Origin: an uncultured Alphaproteobacteria bacterium
GTDB lineage: Bacteria; Electryoneota; RPQS01
Assembly (NCBI GenBank): GCA_964444755.1
Contig: CAYUIF010000007.1
Location: forward strand, 54,249 to 118,248
Length of the DNA stretch: 64,000 nt
Direction of reading: 5' to 3'
Positions 10,429 to 19,436 of the stretch are shown piece after piece. Under the pieces are notes generated by a model. It made no database searches. It saw only the letters and a list, made by a program, of their open reading frames with translations, and was not told where the DNA came from. The stretch's first letter is position 1. Each line of letters begins with the position of its first letter. Made by a program: the position numbers and the translations under genes.

Positions 10429-12948
10429 ATGATTCCCGCCTATCGTATTTTTTCCATCGTTTTGCTGGCATTGTTCATCGCTCACGGAGCAATGGCGCAA
10501 GGAAACCGTTCCGACCTTCCCAACTATGGAGACGGCAGTCAAGCCTTAACCGCTACTCCGGGAACTCAAGGAGGCGCAGCGGCCGGTTTCTGGAATCCGG
10601 CCGCGTGGGCGGCGATGCGGGAATTTGAAGCCAGTTTTCTCTGGAATGACAATAATATCACTTCCAAACGAATGGATAATTGGGCGTTGTTCACCGGGGG
10701 ACACGGAATCGGCTTTGCCATGCGCCACAATACCTATCGCTACGAGGATACGCAGGCATACCATGTCAATGATTACCAGTTGGCTTTATCCGGCGGAGAC
10801 CGCGATGATTATTGGGGCGTGGCTTACAACTGGTCCAAAGGCGACACTCGCGGGCTAAAGCGCGACAGCTATTTCACGCTCTCCAATATCTACCGTCCCT
10901 ATCGTTTCTTATCCATCGGCAATGCCGCCTCGCTGGCGCTACATGGCGATTATCGCGGCATCAGCGATGTCGGTCTGCGTCCCTTTAGCAATCATCGCGT
11001 GACGTTTTTCGGCGATGCCGCCTATGGTCGTTATGATAATTTCAATTCGCTGCAGTGGGGAGTCGGGCTGGAAGTACGGCCCTTCGATGGAATCCGACTC
11101 GCCGCGAAAATGTCAAAGCCATTGGGACAATATCAGGATAAAATCTATTCCATCAGCATGGGCATCTCCGTGGACGGCACGGGCTTCCACGTGATTCCGC
11201 ACTATGATAAGGATTCGGAACGTATCTCCACCAGCTATCTCATCCGCGTCGGATCGCAGGAACCCACCTTCAATCCGCGCCGGTTGATCAATCCCGATCC
11301 GCAATTGGTTACGGTCTCCATGAAGGGACAATTGGGATACCGCAAGGCGCGTTGGTTCGACCGCGACCGCATGGCGCTGCTCGATATGATCGAACTCATT
11401 GAGAACGCCAAAAACGATCCGGCCATCGAAGGCATTGCCTTCAATCTCTCCGGAATGTATGCGCCCCGCGAACTGCTGTGGGAAGTGCGGGAAAAGCTTA
11501 AAGAGTTCAAGGCGGAAGGAAAGATTGTCTACATGTACGCGGATCGTCTCGGCATGGAGTCCTACTACTTCGCCACCGTCGCCGATTACTTGTGGATGGA
11601 TCCCTCCGGCGGAGTCATGCTGCCCGGTTATGTGGCCGGTCGCACGTTCTGGAAAGGCTTCTTCGAAAAGATCGGACTCGGCGCGGAAGAGTGGCGGTAT
11701 TTCACCTATAAATCCGCCTTCGAATCTTTCTCCCGCAAGGAAATGTCCGAAGCGGATCGCGAACAGCGTTTAGCCTTGATTACCGATTTCTATGATGAGT
11801 GGCAAACCACCGTTTCCGAATCGCGCAACGTTGCTCCGGATATGCTCCGCTCCAGTCTGGATTCGACCGTGATCTTCCTGCCGGAGGAAGCGCTGGCTGC
11901 CGGATTGATTGATTCCATTGCCAATTGGGATGACGTCAAAGAACTCGTGGAAGGAATTACCGGCGAAGAGCCGGAATTGATCAGCGCGAAAGACGTGGAA
12001 GCCGACGAATATGCCGATCCCTACTGGGGCGAACCGCCGAAAATCGCCATCGTCTATGCCATTGGCGAGTGCGACATGGACAGCGGTATTCGCGGTCGTT
12101 ACACCTCGCGGGTGTTGCGTAAGCTGGCCAAGCGCAGCGACGTGAAAGCCGTAGTGCTGCGGGCTGATTCTCCCGGCGGCGATGCTTTGCCGTCCGACTT
12201 GGTGGCGCGGCAGATGACCACGGTTTCCAGTAAAAAACCGATGATCGTTTCGCAGGGCAGTCTGGCCGCTTCCGGCGGGTACTGGATCAGCATGAACGGC
12301 GACCGGATTTTCGCTTCGCCCTATACGCTCACCGGCTCCATCGGCGTCATCGGCGGCTGGGTGTGGAATAACGGATTCTCGGACAAGACCGGCTTCTCCT
12401 ATGATCACGTGCAAATCGGCGAGCATGCCGATCTGTCGCGCGGCGTTACGCTGCCCTTGATCGGCGTCACCATTCCCGACCGCAATCTTAGTATGCCCGA
12501 AAAGCAGCGCGTCGAAAAACTGCTGAAGGCTTACTACAAAGATTTCACCGGCAAGGTGGCGATGGGGCGCGGCTTGGAAGAGAGCTACGTGGATTCCATC
12601 GGTCAAGGTCGGGTGTGGTCCGGCACGCGCGCGCTGGAATTGGGGTTGGTGGACGAAATCGGCGGCTTGGATCGCGCCGTGACCTATGCTCGCGCTGCCG
12701 CGAAGCTTCCCACCAAAGGTCGCACCGTTGAGATCATCGAGTTCCCGCGTCGCAGTTGGGTCAATCCCGGCGATTTTATGTCGTCGCCGTCTCCCATCAG
12801 CGAGTTCGCCCGCTGGCTGGGCTTGAAGGAAGCTCCGGCCAATTTGGCGGACGATTACGAGCTGTCCTTCTATAAACGGATCAGCGCTAATCCGGGAGTT
12901 CCGCTCTATATGGTCGCCCCCGCCGACATTCCGGCAGAGGATAAGTAG
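10429..12948 (+). CDS. sppA: Signal peptide peptidase SppA (S49, two-domain) fused to an N-terminal predicted beta-barrel
   Basis: YKSAFE (Lys), RADSPGG, LAASGGY (Ser), TLTGSIGV, QGRVWSG; the first ~280 aa carry FWNPAA and alternating aromatic strands after a cleavable signal peptide. Confidence 0.88.
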   Translation: MIPAYRIFSIVLLALFIAHGAMAQGNRSDLPNYGDGSQALTATPGTQGGAAAGFWNPAAWAAMREFEASFLWNDNNITSKRMDNWALFTGGHGIGFAMRHNTYRYEDTQAYHVNDYQLALSGGDRDDYWGVAYNWSKGDTRGLKRDSYFTLSNIYRPYRFLSIGNAASLALHGDYRGISDVGLRPFSNHRVTFFGDAAYGRYDNFNSLQWGVGLEVRPFDGIRLAAKMSKPLGQYQDKIYSISMGISVDGTGFHVIPHYDKDSERISTSYLIRVGSQEPTFNPRRLINPDPQLVTVSMKGQLGYRKARWFDRDRMALLDMIELIENAKNDPAIEGIAFNLSGMYAPRELLWEVREKLKEFKAEGKIVYMYADRLGMESYYFATVADYLWMDPSGGVMLPGYVAGRTFWKGFFEKIGLGAEEWRYFTYKSAFESFSRKEMSEADREQRLALITDFYDEWQTTVSESRNVAPDMLRSSLDSTVIFLPEEALAAGLIDSIANWDDVKELVEGITGEEPELISAKDVEADEYADPYWGEPPKIAIVYAIGECDMDSGIRGRYTSRVLRKLAKRSDVKAVVLRADSPGGDALPSDLVARQMTTVSSKKPMIVSQGSLAASGGYWISMNGDRIFASPYTLTGSIGVIGGWVWNNGFSDKTGFSYDHVQIGEHADLSRGVTLPLIGVTIPDRNLSMPEKQRVEKLLKAYYKDFTGKVAMGRGLEESYVDSIGQGRVWSGTRALELGLVDEIGGLDRAVTYARAAAKLPTKGRTVEIIEFPRRSWVNPGDFMSSPSPISEFARWLGLKEAPANLADDYELSFYKRISANPGVPLYMVAPADIPAEDK

Positions 12949-13026
12949 TCGGCAGGTGAATTTGGCTAACCTTCCAATTATTTGTTTATAATTGGCATAG
13001 CCGGATTGCCGAGTCAGTCCTCCGGC

Positions 13027-13055
13027 TTGACTTGGATTGAATATTTTAATAAATT
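13027..13055 (+). promoter_or_regulatory. Putative sigma70 promoter of the small ORF-tRNA-Val-tRNA-Asp transcript
   Basis: TTGACT (13027-13032), 17 bp, TAAATT (13050-13055). Confidence 0.5.
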
Positions 13056-13094
13056 AAGTGTCTTATTTGGATCGTTGAACGGAAGGACAGTACC

Positions 13095-13394
13095 ATTTCC
13101 GCCAAAGCAAAACAAAAGGGTCCCGTCAAGGCCGCCGACAAGCCGCGGGAAGCGGAACGGACGGCGCCGCGTTTTACGGTTCCTTTCACGCGCAAAAACT
13201 ACATTGCGTTCGCCGTCGGGTTGGCGCTGGTGGTCTTCGGGTACGTTTTCTTATCCCAGCCGCCCGCCGAGGGCTTCTTGAGTCTTACGCTGGCGCCGAT
13301 CATGCTTGTGATTGGCTACTGCGTGGTCTTTCCTTATGCGATTATGGCTCGCGACAAGAAATCCGAGCCGACGGTCGCACCCAAGGGCGATTAG
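13095..13394 (+). CDS. DUF3098-like two-TM small membrane protein, 99 aa, apparent ATT start (not in the ORF track)
   Basis: Manual translation (M)SAKAKQKGPVK...FTVPFTRKNYIAFAVGLALVVFGYVFLSQPPAEGFLSLTLAPIMLVIGYCVVFPYAIMARDKKSEPTVAPKGD*; GGAAGGA at 13081-13087; no in-frame ATG/GTG/TTG between TAA 13050 and the first TM. Confidence 0.72.
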   Translation: MSAKAKQKGPVKAADKPREAERTAPRFTVPFTRKNYIAFAVGLALVVFGYVFLSQPPAEGFLSLTLAPIMLVIGYCVVFPYAIMARDKKSEPTVAPKGD

Positions 13395-13462
13395 CTCAGC
13401 TGGTCCAGAGCGCCTGCTTTACACGCAGGATGTCGGCGGTTCGAATCCGTCATCGCCCACCA
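13385..13462 (+). tRNA. tRNA-Val (anticodon TAC), CCA encoded
   Basis: Acceptor GGGCGAT/ATCGCCC, anticodon arm CCTGC-TTTACAC-GCAGG, T-loop TTCGAAT, ends ACCA. Confidence 0.97.
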
Positions 13463-13520
13463 TACGGGCGGCGAGCCGCCTGTTGGTTTGACTTTTTAAG
13501 TTTAAGTTTTCTCGTTTGTC

Positions 13521-13597
13521 GGGGTCGTAGTTCAGTTGGTTAGAACGCCAGCCTGTCACGTTGGAGGTCGCGGGTTCGAGCCCCGTCGGCCCCGCCA
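13521..13597 (+). tRNA. tRNA-Asp (anticodon GTC), CCA encoded
   Basis: GGGGTCG acceptor, anticodon arm CCAGC-CTGTCAC-GTTGG, T-loop TTCGAGC, ends GCCA. Confidence 0.97.
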
Positions 13598-13638
13598 AAG
13601 TTATAACGGTCAGAGTCTACTCTGACCGTTTTTCTTTT

Positions 13639-14100
13639 CCGCCGTGGCGGGTCTTGATCGCGGCGGCGAATCCCCAGATTCGCCCCGTCTTTGCCGAGGC
13701 TCCCGTCCCCGGGTGCCCGGAATGTCTTACTCGTCGAGGAGGGGGTAGCTTTCCCCCTGCTTCAGCGGGGGGATGCAAGGGGGGTATCTGGTCTCCCTCC
13801 GTTCACGGGGGGACGGAAGGGGGGGTCTTCTTTCAGCGTTTCAGCCTTTTCTTCTCGCGGGGGGATCAAAGGGTGGTGATTCTCGAGGCTCCCGTCCCCG
13901 GGTGCCCGGAATGCCTTTGTCGCCGTGGCGGGTCCGTGACCCGACCGGCGAAATGCGGGTCTCCCCCGACCTGAAAGCGGAATGAATATGGAGATCAGCG
14001 GGAGTGGTTTCCGTCACTCCCCTTCCGGGCAGATCGGGGATCTGCCTCGGCGATCAGATCAAATGCGTGAAGGGGTGACTCGGGAGAGTCACCACAGGGG
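13639..14100. repeat. REP-like palindrome cluster A
   Basis: Identical 30-mer at 13695-13724 and 13884-13913; CGCCGTGGCGG at about 13640 and 13921; hairpins at 14025-14048 and 14073-14095 recur at 46.8 kb and 45.1 kb. Confidence 0.8.
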
Positions 14101-14126
14101 CTAACGGCGATTTCAGTATTTAACAT

Positions 14127-14157
14127 CAACGGCCAGAGCATCATGCTCTGGCCGTTG
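14127..14157. terminator. Hairpin downstream of katA (probable terminator)
   Basis: 14-bp stem CAACGGCCAGAGCA/TGCTCTGGCCGTTG. Confidence 0.7.
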
Positions 14158-14193
14158 TTCGTTTCGTAATCCTCATTTGTGAAGGCGGCGGCG

Positions 14194-15627
14194 CTATCCC
14201 TTCAAAGCCTTGCGCACGCCGTCCGCGTAGGCGGGATCGGCCTTCTGAAAATGACCGAGCTGCCGTTCGATGATGTCCTGCGGCACTCCGCCCATCGCCT
14301 TAGCGATAGCGCGATGCAGCCGTTCCCGTTCCGCCGCCGAGAACAACCGATAAAGATTGCCCGGCTGCGTGTAGTCGTCGTTGCCGTCCCGATGATTGTA
14401 GCGGTCCGCGTCTCCCGAAATCCGCAGCGGCGGTTCGTTCAAACTTGGATCATCCTGCGGACCGCCGAAGCTGTTGGGCTCATAATTCACCGCGCCCCCG
14501 CCATTTCCGTCGAAGCGCATGGTGCCGTCTTTGTAGTAGGTATGCACCGGGCAGCGGGCTTTGTTGACGGGCAGACTTTCGTAGTTGACGCCCAATCGAT
14601 AACGGTGCGCATCGGCATAGGAAAAGATCCGCGCCTGCAGCATCTTATCCGGACTATGGCCGATCCCCGGTACGACATTGGCGGGCGAAAAGGCGGCCTG
14701 TTCCACTTCCGCAAAATAATTCTCCGGATTGCGGTTGAGTTCCATAATGCCGACTTCCATGAGCGGATAATCGCCGTGCGGCCAAACCTTCGTCAAATCG
14801 AAGGGATTGTAGGGCGTTTTTTCGGCGTCGGTTTCCGGCATGATTTGCACTTTGACCGTCCACTGCGGAAACTCTTTACGCTCGATGGCTTCGAATAAAT
14901 CGCGCTGATGGCTTTCCCGGTCGGTGCCGATAATGCGCTCGGCCTCCTCATCCGTCAGATTCTGGATGCCCTGCCGCGTCTTGAAATGAAACTTCACCCA
15001 GTAGCGCTTTCGATCCGCGCTGATGAAACTGTAGGTATGGCTGCCGTAGCCGTGCACGTGCCGGTAGCTTTTCGGCAAACCGCGATCCGAAAACAGAATT
15101 GTTATCTGGTGCAGACTCTCGGGCGAAAGCGACCAGAAATCCCACATCGCCTTATTGCAGCGCAGGTTGGTTTTCGGGTCGCGCTTCTGCGTGTGGATGA
15201 AATCGGGAAACTTGTACGGATCCCGAATGAAGAACACGGGCGTGTTGTTGCCGACCAAATCCCAATTGCCTTCTTCCGTATAGAACTTGATCGCAAATCC
15301 GCGCACATCCCGTTCCGCGTCGGCGGCGCCGCGCTCCCCGGCCACCGTCGAAAAACGCAGAAAGCACTCGGTTTTCTGGCCGATGCCCGCGAAGATTTTC
15401 GCCCGGGTATACTTGCTGATGTCATGGGTAACCGTGAACGTGCCGTAAGCGCCCGAACCCTTAGCGTGGACCACGCGTTCGGGAATCCGCTCCCGATTGA
15501 AGTGCGCATGTTTCTCCATCAACAGCCAATCTTGCACCAGCAGCGGTCCGCGTGGACCCGCCGTCAATGAGTTTTGAGTATCGGCGGCAGGAATCCCCGC
15601 GGCCGACGTCAGCTTGTTTCTCTTCAT
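14194..15627 (-). CDS. katA: Monofunctional heme catalase, small subunit (clade 3-like)
   Basis: [15 protein letters not shown] (distal His), [32 protein letters not shown] (proximal Tyr); 477 aa. Confidence 0.98.
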   Translation of the reverse strand: MKRNKLTSAAGIPAADTQNSLTAGPRGPLLVQDWLLMEKHAHFNRERIPERVVHAKGSGAYGTFTVTHDISKYTRAKIFAGIGQKTECFLRFSTVAGERGAADAERDVRGFAIKFYTEEGNWDLVGNNTPVFFIRDPYKFPDFIHTQKRDPKTNLRCNKAMWDFWSLSPESLHQITILFSDRGLPKSYRHVHGYGSHTYSFISADRKRYWVKFHFKTRQGIQNLTDEEAERIIGTDRESHQRDLFEAIERKEFPQWTVKVQIMPETDAEKTPYNPFDLTKVWPHGDYPLMEVGIMELNRNPENYFAEVEQAAFSPANVVPGIGHSPDKMLQARIFSYADAHRYRLGVNYESLPVNKARCPVHTYYKDGTMRFDGNGGGAVNYEPNSFGGPQDDPSLNEPPLRISGDADRYNHRDGNDDYTQPGNLYRLFSAAERERLHRAIAKAMGGVPQDIIERQLGHFQKADPAYADGVRKALKG

Positions 15628-16064
15628 GGCGGTCTCCGTTTATAGCGAATAACGGGTATAACGATTGTTCGATCCCCCGGAGAAATCACCGCTAAACCAT
15701 ATATTCTTCAGAAGCATATAATGAAATAAATGATCTTGCTATAACATCGTGAATTTCTGCATCGTTGTCAAGTGCTCACCCTTACCCACAATTAATCTCC
15801 CGGTTTTCGTTCGCTTGTTACGGTACCGCAGGGAGAGCGGCAACTGCGAATTCTGTTTTACGAACGAATATAGGCAGTCGGAGACCGCCATTAGTCTAGG
15901 TGGGGTTTCATCCTTCATCCCTCATCCTTTCTCGCTTAATCTCTGCGCGCTCTTCTTCACCGCGCGCAGATATGTTCCCCCGCTTTCAAAGCAGGTGCAA
16001 CCTTCCGCCTCGTTCCGGATTCCAACTGATAAATCCTCCGTTGGTTTAACCTCCGGGACTCCCT

Positions 16065-17396
16065 ATGTCTTCTGTTTTAAATTGTTTAAAAATCAGCATC
16101 GGGATTAGCCTCCTGCTGCTGGCTTGCGCGTCCGCCTCCGCCCAGCCTCCGCAACCCCCCGTGACCGCCGCGCAAAAAACCGCCATCGTGGACAGCGCCG
16201 CCCGCATCTACATCGAGCAATACGTTTTCCCTGACGTGGGCAAAAAGATGGCTGACCGCATCCGCAAGCAGAACAAGCAGGGCGCGTACAAGGACATCAC
16301 TCTGCTGAGAGAATTCACCGAGCGATTGACCGAAGACCTGCGCTCCGTCTCCCACGATCTGCACATCCGCATGCTGGTCGCGCCGCCCGAACCGCAAGGG
16401 GAAGCCCCCGAAGATTCGGTAGCCCAGCATGAGCGCGAAGTTGCAAACGCCCGCCGCTTCAATTTCGGTTTCCAAAAAGTGGAATGCATGCGCGGCAATA
16501 TCGGCTACCTCAAATTGAACCAGTTCTATGCGGCGGAAGACGCCGGAGCGACGGCCATCGCCGCCATGAATTTCCTCGGCCACTGCGATGCGTTGATCTT
16601 CGATCTCCGCGACAACGGCGGCGGCGATCCGTCCATGATTCAATTGCTCACGAGTTATCTATACGAGGAACCGAAATTCCTCAACATGTTCGAAGTCCGC
16701 GATCAGGAACGACCCGATCAGTTTTGGTCGCTGGCTTACGTGCCCGGTCCGCGGCTGCCGCGCGTGCCCGTTTTTGTATTGACCAGCGATAACACCTTCT
16801 CCGGAGCCGAGGAATTCTCCTATAATCTGAAAAACCTCAAACGCGCTACGATCGTCGGCGATACCACCGGCGGCGGTGCGCACCCGTGCAACTTCATCCC
16901 CATTCGCAGTCTGGGCGTGGCCGCTATTGTACCTTACGGCCGTGCCGTAAATCCAATCACTGGTACCAATTGGGAAGGCACCGGCGTGTACCCCGATATC
17001 GTTGTCCCGCAGGAGCAGGCGCTCGATGTCGCTCACTTGGAGGCGCTGAAGCCGCTCTATGAAAAAGAAACCGATCCCATGCTGAAGAACGCGTTGGAAT
17101 GGTTGGTGGTCGGTCTCGAAGCGAAGCTCCGTCCCGTACAGCTATCTCCCTATGAACTGCAGCCGTTCGTCGGCACCTACGGCCCGCGCGTCATTACTCT
17201 CGAAAACGATACGCTGTATTATCAGCGCGGCGAGAATGCCAAACATCGCTTGATTCCGTTCGGGAAAAATATCTTCGGGATGGATGACTTGGACTACTTC
17301 CGCGTTAAATTCACCGCCGATGCATCCGGCCAAATCACCGAAATCATCGGCTGCTACGATAACGGCATGACCGACCGGAACGCTCGCGATCAATAG
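16065..17396 (+). CDS. Exported S41 family peptidase (IRBP-like) with C-terminal accessory domain
   Basis: Signal peptide; NIGYLKL, LIFDLRDNGGG, TFSGAEEFSY, GDTTGGGAHP, WEGTGVYPDI. Confidence 0.92.
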   Translation: MSSVLNCLKISIGISLLLLACASASAQPPQPPVTAAQKTAIVDSAARIYIEQYVFPDVGKKMADRIRKQNKQGAYKDITLLREFTERLTEDLRSVSHDLHIRMLVAPPEPQGEAPEDSVAQHEREVANARRFNFGFQKVECMRGNIGYLKLNQFYAAEDAGATAIAAMNFLGHCDALIFDLRDNGGGDPSMIQLLTSYLYEEPKFLNMFEVRDQERPDQFWSLAYVPGPRLPRVPVFVLTSDNTFSGAEEFSYNLKNLKRATIVGDTTGGGAHPCNFIPIRSLGVAAIVPYGRAVNPITGTNWEGTGVYPDIVVPQEQALDVAHLEALKPLYEKETDPMLKNALEWLVVGLEAKLRPVQLSPYELQPFVGTYGPRVITLENDTLYYQRGENAKHRLIPFGKNIFGMDDLDYFRVKFTADASGQITEIIGCYDNGMTDRNARDQ

Positions 17397-17469
17397 CTTC
17401 ATCCTTGACAGAGATATTTCTTTGTCGTAGATTGACGATGATACGACTATCTCAGATCCGGGAGATCCC

Positions 17470-18129
17470 ATGAAGAACCTTCGGCTTGCCGCTTTGCTAT
17501 CGGTTTTGATCATTGGCTTTGCGGCACACCTTCACGCCGGCGACAAGCCCGCCCAGCTGGCGCTCTGGAATCCAGTGCAGCTTTTCGGTGCGGATCAATC
17601 CATTACCGGTCTGCGGTTGAGCATTCTCTATGGCGAAAACGCCAACCTGACCGGCGTAGATTGCGGCTTGGTCAACTACACCGGCGGCAATCAGATCGGA
17701 TTGCAATTCGGCGCGGCGGGAATCGTCAAGGGGGATGCATCCGGGCTGCAATACGGGATTCTGAATATCGCGGGCACCATGAGCGGTATGCAAGCCGGAC
17801 TGATCGGCATCTCCGGCGATTTCGAGGGCGCGCAGATGGCCGCGCTGAATTTCACCGGCACCGCCACCGGATTGCAACTGGGCGGGATCAATGCATCGGG
17901 CGATGCCGAAGGCATCCACTTCGGCGGTTTGAATTTCACGGGCACCATGAACGGAATTCAGATCGGCGTTATCAACGCGACGGGCACTTTGGAAGGTCTG
18001 CAGTTGGGACTCTTCAATGCCACGGGACAAGCGCACGGTCTGCAGTTCGGCCTTATCAATCGCATCGAAAAAGGCGGCTGGCTGCCCATCTGTCTGATTA
18101 TCAACGGCTCCTCCGGGAAGAGCAAATAA
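17470..18129 (+). CDS. Exported LA_2272-like surface repeat protein
   Basis: Signal peptide; LSILYGEN followed by about ten ~15-aa GxQxGxxNxxG repeats. Confidence 0.75.
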   Translation: MKNLRLAALLSVLIIGFAAHLHAGDKPAQLALWNPVQLFGADQSITGLRLSILYGENANLTGVDCGLVNYTGGNQIGLQFGAAGIVKGDASGLQYGILNIAGTMSGMQAGLIGISGDFEGAQMAALNFTGTATGLQLGGINASGDAEGIHFGGLNFTGTMNGIQIGVINATGTLEGLQLGLFNATGQAHGLQFGLINRIEKGGWLPICLIINGSSGKSK

Positions 18130-18206
18130 CCATAGCCCCTTCTCCCTTCCCGATTCCTTGTCCAAATTCCGGTTGCATCTGACTGCGGCATTGAACATCT
18201 TATGTC

Positions 18207-19283
18207 ATGCCGCGGTTATCCCATGATGCCAAACTGAAAGCCTTCTACGAGCGCAACCAAGCCTATGCCGGGTTGTTCTATATCGGCGTGAAAACCACCG
18301 GGATTTTCTGTCGTACAGGCTGTACCGCTCGCGCTCCCAAACCGGAAAATATCCAATTCTTCGACACCGCCAAGGAAGCGCTCGATGCCGGCTTCCGTCC
18401 CTGTAAAGTCTGTCGACCCCTCGAATGCGTCGGCGAAACTCCGCCGGAAATCCGCAGCCTGTTGGACGAAGTTCACGGCTCGCCCGCTTCCCGCATCTCG
18501 GATGGCGAGTTGCGTTCCCGCGGAATTCCCCCGGCTACGATTCGCCGCTGGTTCAAGAAACATCACGGCATTACTTTTCAGGCTTATCAGCGATATATCA
18601 AGATCGGCACCGCCGTCAAAAAACTGCAAACCGGTGAACGCGTCACCGACGTCGCTCTCGAAAACTACGATTCCCTAAGCGGCTTTCAGGATTCCTTCAA
18701 GAATGCTCTGGGAGTGTCGCCTGCACAAAGTGCGGGTAAGACCGTGATTCTCGTGACTCGCATTCCCACTCCCCTCGGTCTGATGATGGCGGCGACCGTG
18801 AATGACGAACTCTGCCTGCTGGAATTCTGCGACCGCCGCATGCTCGCCACCGAACTCGATCAGATCCAATCCCTCACGAAGGGGGTGCTCATTGCCGGGC
18901 ATTGCGCGCTGTTCGATGAACTGCGGCGGCAGTTGGCGGACTATTTCGTAGGCACCCTCACGCAATTCACAGTACCGATGATGTTTCTCGGTACACCGTT
19001 TCAGCAATCCGTTTGGCGAGCGTTAGTCACTATTCCTTACGGCAAGACTCGTTCGTATAAACAGCAAGCGGAGATGATCGGCCAGCCCGATGCCGTACGC
19101 GCCGTAGCTCGTGCCAACGGCCAGAACCGCATCTCGATCATCATCCCCTGTCACCGCGTAATCGGATCCGATGGCGGACTTACCGGCTACGGCGGCGGGT
19201 TGGAACGAAAAGCTTGGCTGCTCAACCACGAGCGGGAACACGAACCCTTCGGCACCCACCAAACCTCTTTTCTCCACTCCTAA
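18207..19283 (+). CDS. ada: Bifunctional Ada regulator / O6-methylguanine-DNA methyltransferase
   Basis: Zn site CRTGC...RPCKVC, AraC-type HTH, C-terminal IPCHRVIG. Confidence 0.96.
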   Translation: MPRLSHDAKLKAFYERNQAYAGLFYIGVKTTGIFCRTGCTARAPKPENIQFFDTAKEALDAGFRPCKVCRPLECVGETPPEIRSLLDEVHGSPASRISDGELRSRGIPPATIRRWFKKHHGITFQAYQRYIKIGTAVKKLQTGERVTDVALENYDSLSGFQDSFKNALGVSPAQSAGKTVILVTRIPTPLGLMMAATVNDELCLLEFCDRRMLATELDQIQSLTKGVLIAGHCALFDELRRQLADYFVGTLTQFTVPMMFLGTPFQQSVWRALVTIPYGKTRSYKQQAEMIGQPDAVRAVARANGQNRISIIIPCHRVIGSDGGLTGYGGGLERKAWLLNHEREHEPFGTHQTSFLHS

Positions 19284-19436
19284 ACTTCCGTTGTTCAATG
19301 TAAGTTATTGTATTTATTATTTAGACATTCGGATGAATCTTGAATCTGGATACGTAAGTCAGGATCAATTCCCCTAATTCGGCGTTTAATGAATATCTGA
19401 CAACAATCGTCATATTCAAATCATCGAGAGGATAAG

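Noticed and set aside
12982-13281. 99-aa ORF in the track before tRNA-Val
   Set aside because: No recognisable features; the overlapping frame encodes the DUF3098-like protein
13695-13913. Two identical 30-mers as a mini CRISPR array
   Set aside because: Only two copies, a 159-bp spacer that is itself repetitive, and no cas genes
13561-13985. ORFs spanning the region after tRNA-Asp
   Set aside because: They translate palindromic repeats (the EAPVPGCPEC duplication reflects the 30-mer) and one starts inside the tRNA
13385-14200. Possible prophage or island attachment at the tRNAs
   Set aside because: No integrase and no duplicated tRNA 3' end in the window
14179-15570. Long plus-strand ORFs (239 aa, 220 aa) opposite katA, and similar antisense ORFs such as 21605-22888, 53453-54523 and 55086-56036
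   Set aside because: Shadow ORFs of GC-rich genes with clear family motifs on the other strand
15700-15750. AT-rich stretch upstream of katA as a Fur/PerR box
   Set aside because: No convincing palindrome matching the consensus
15908-15930. TCATCC(T/C) x3 heptamer repeat
   Set aside because: Too short to support a function; no array
18155-18185. Possible Ada box upstream of ada
   Set aside because: AAT and GCA boxes do not have the E. coli spacing
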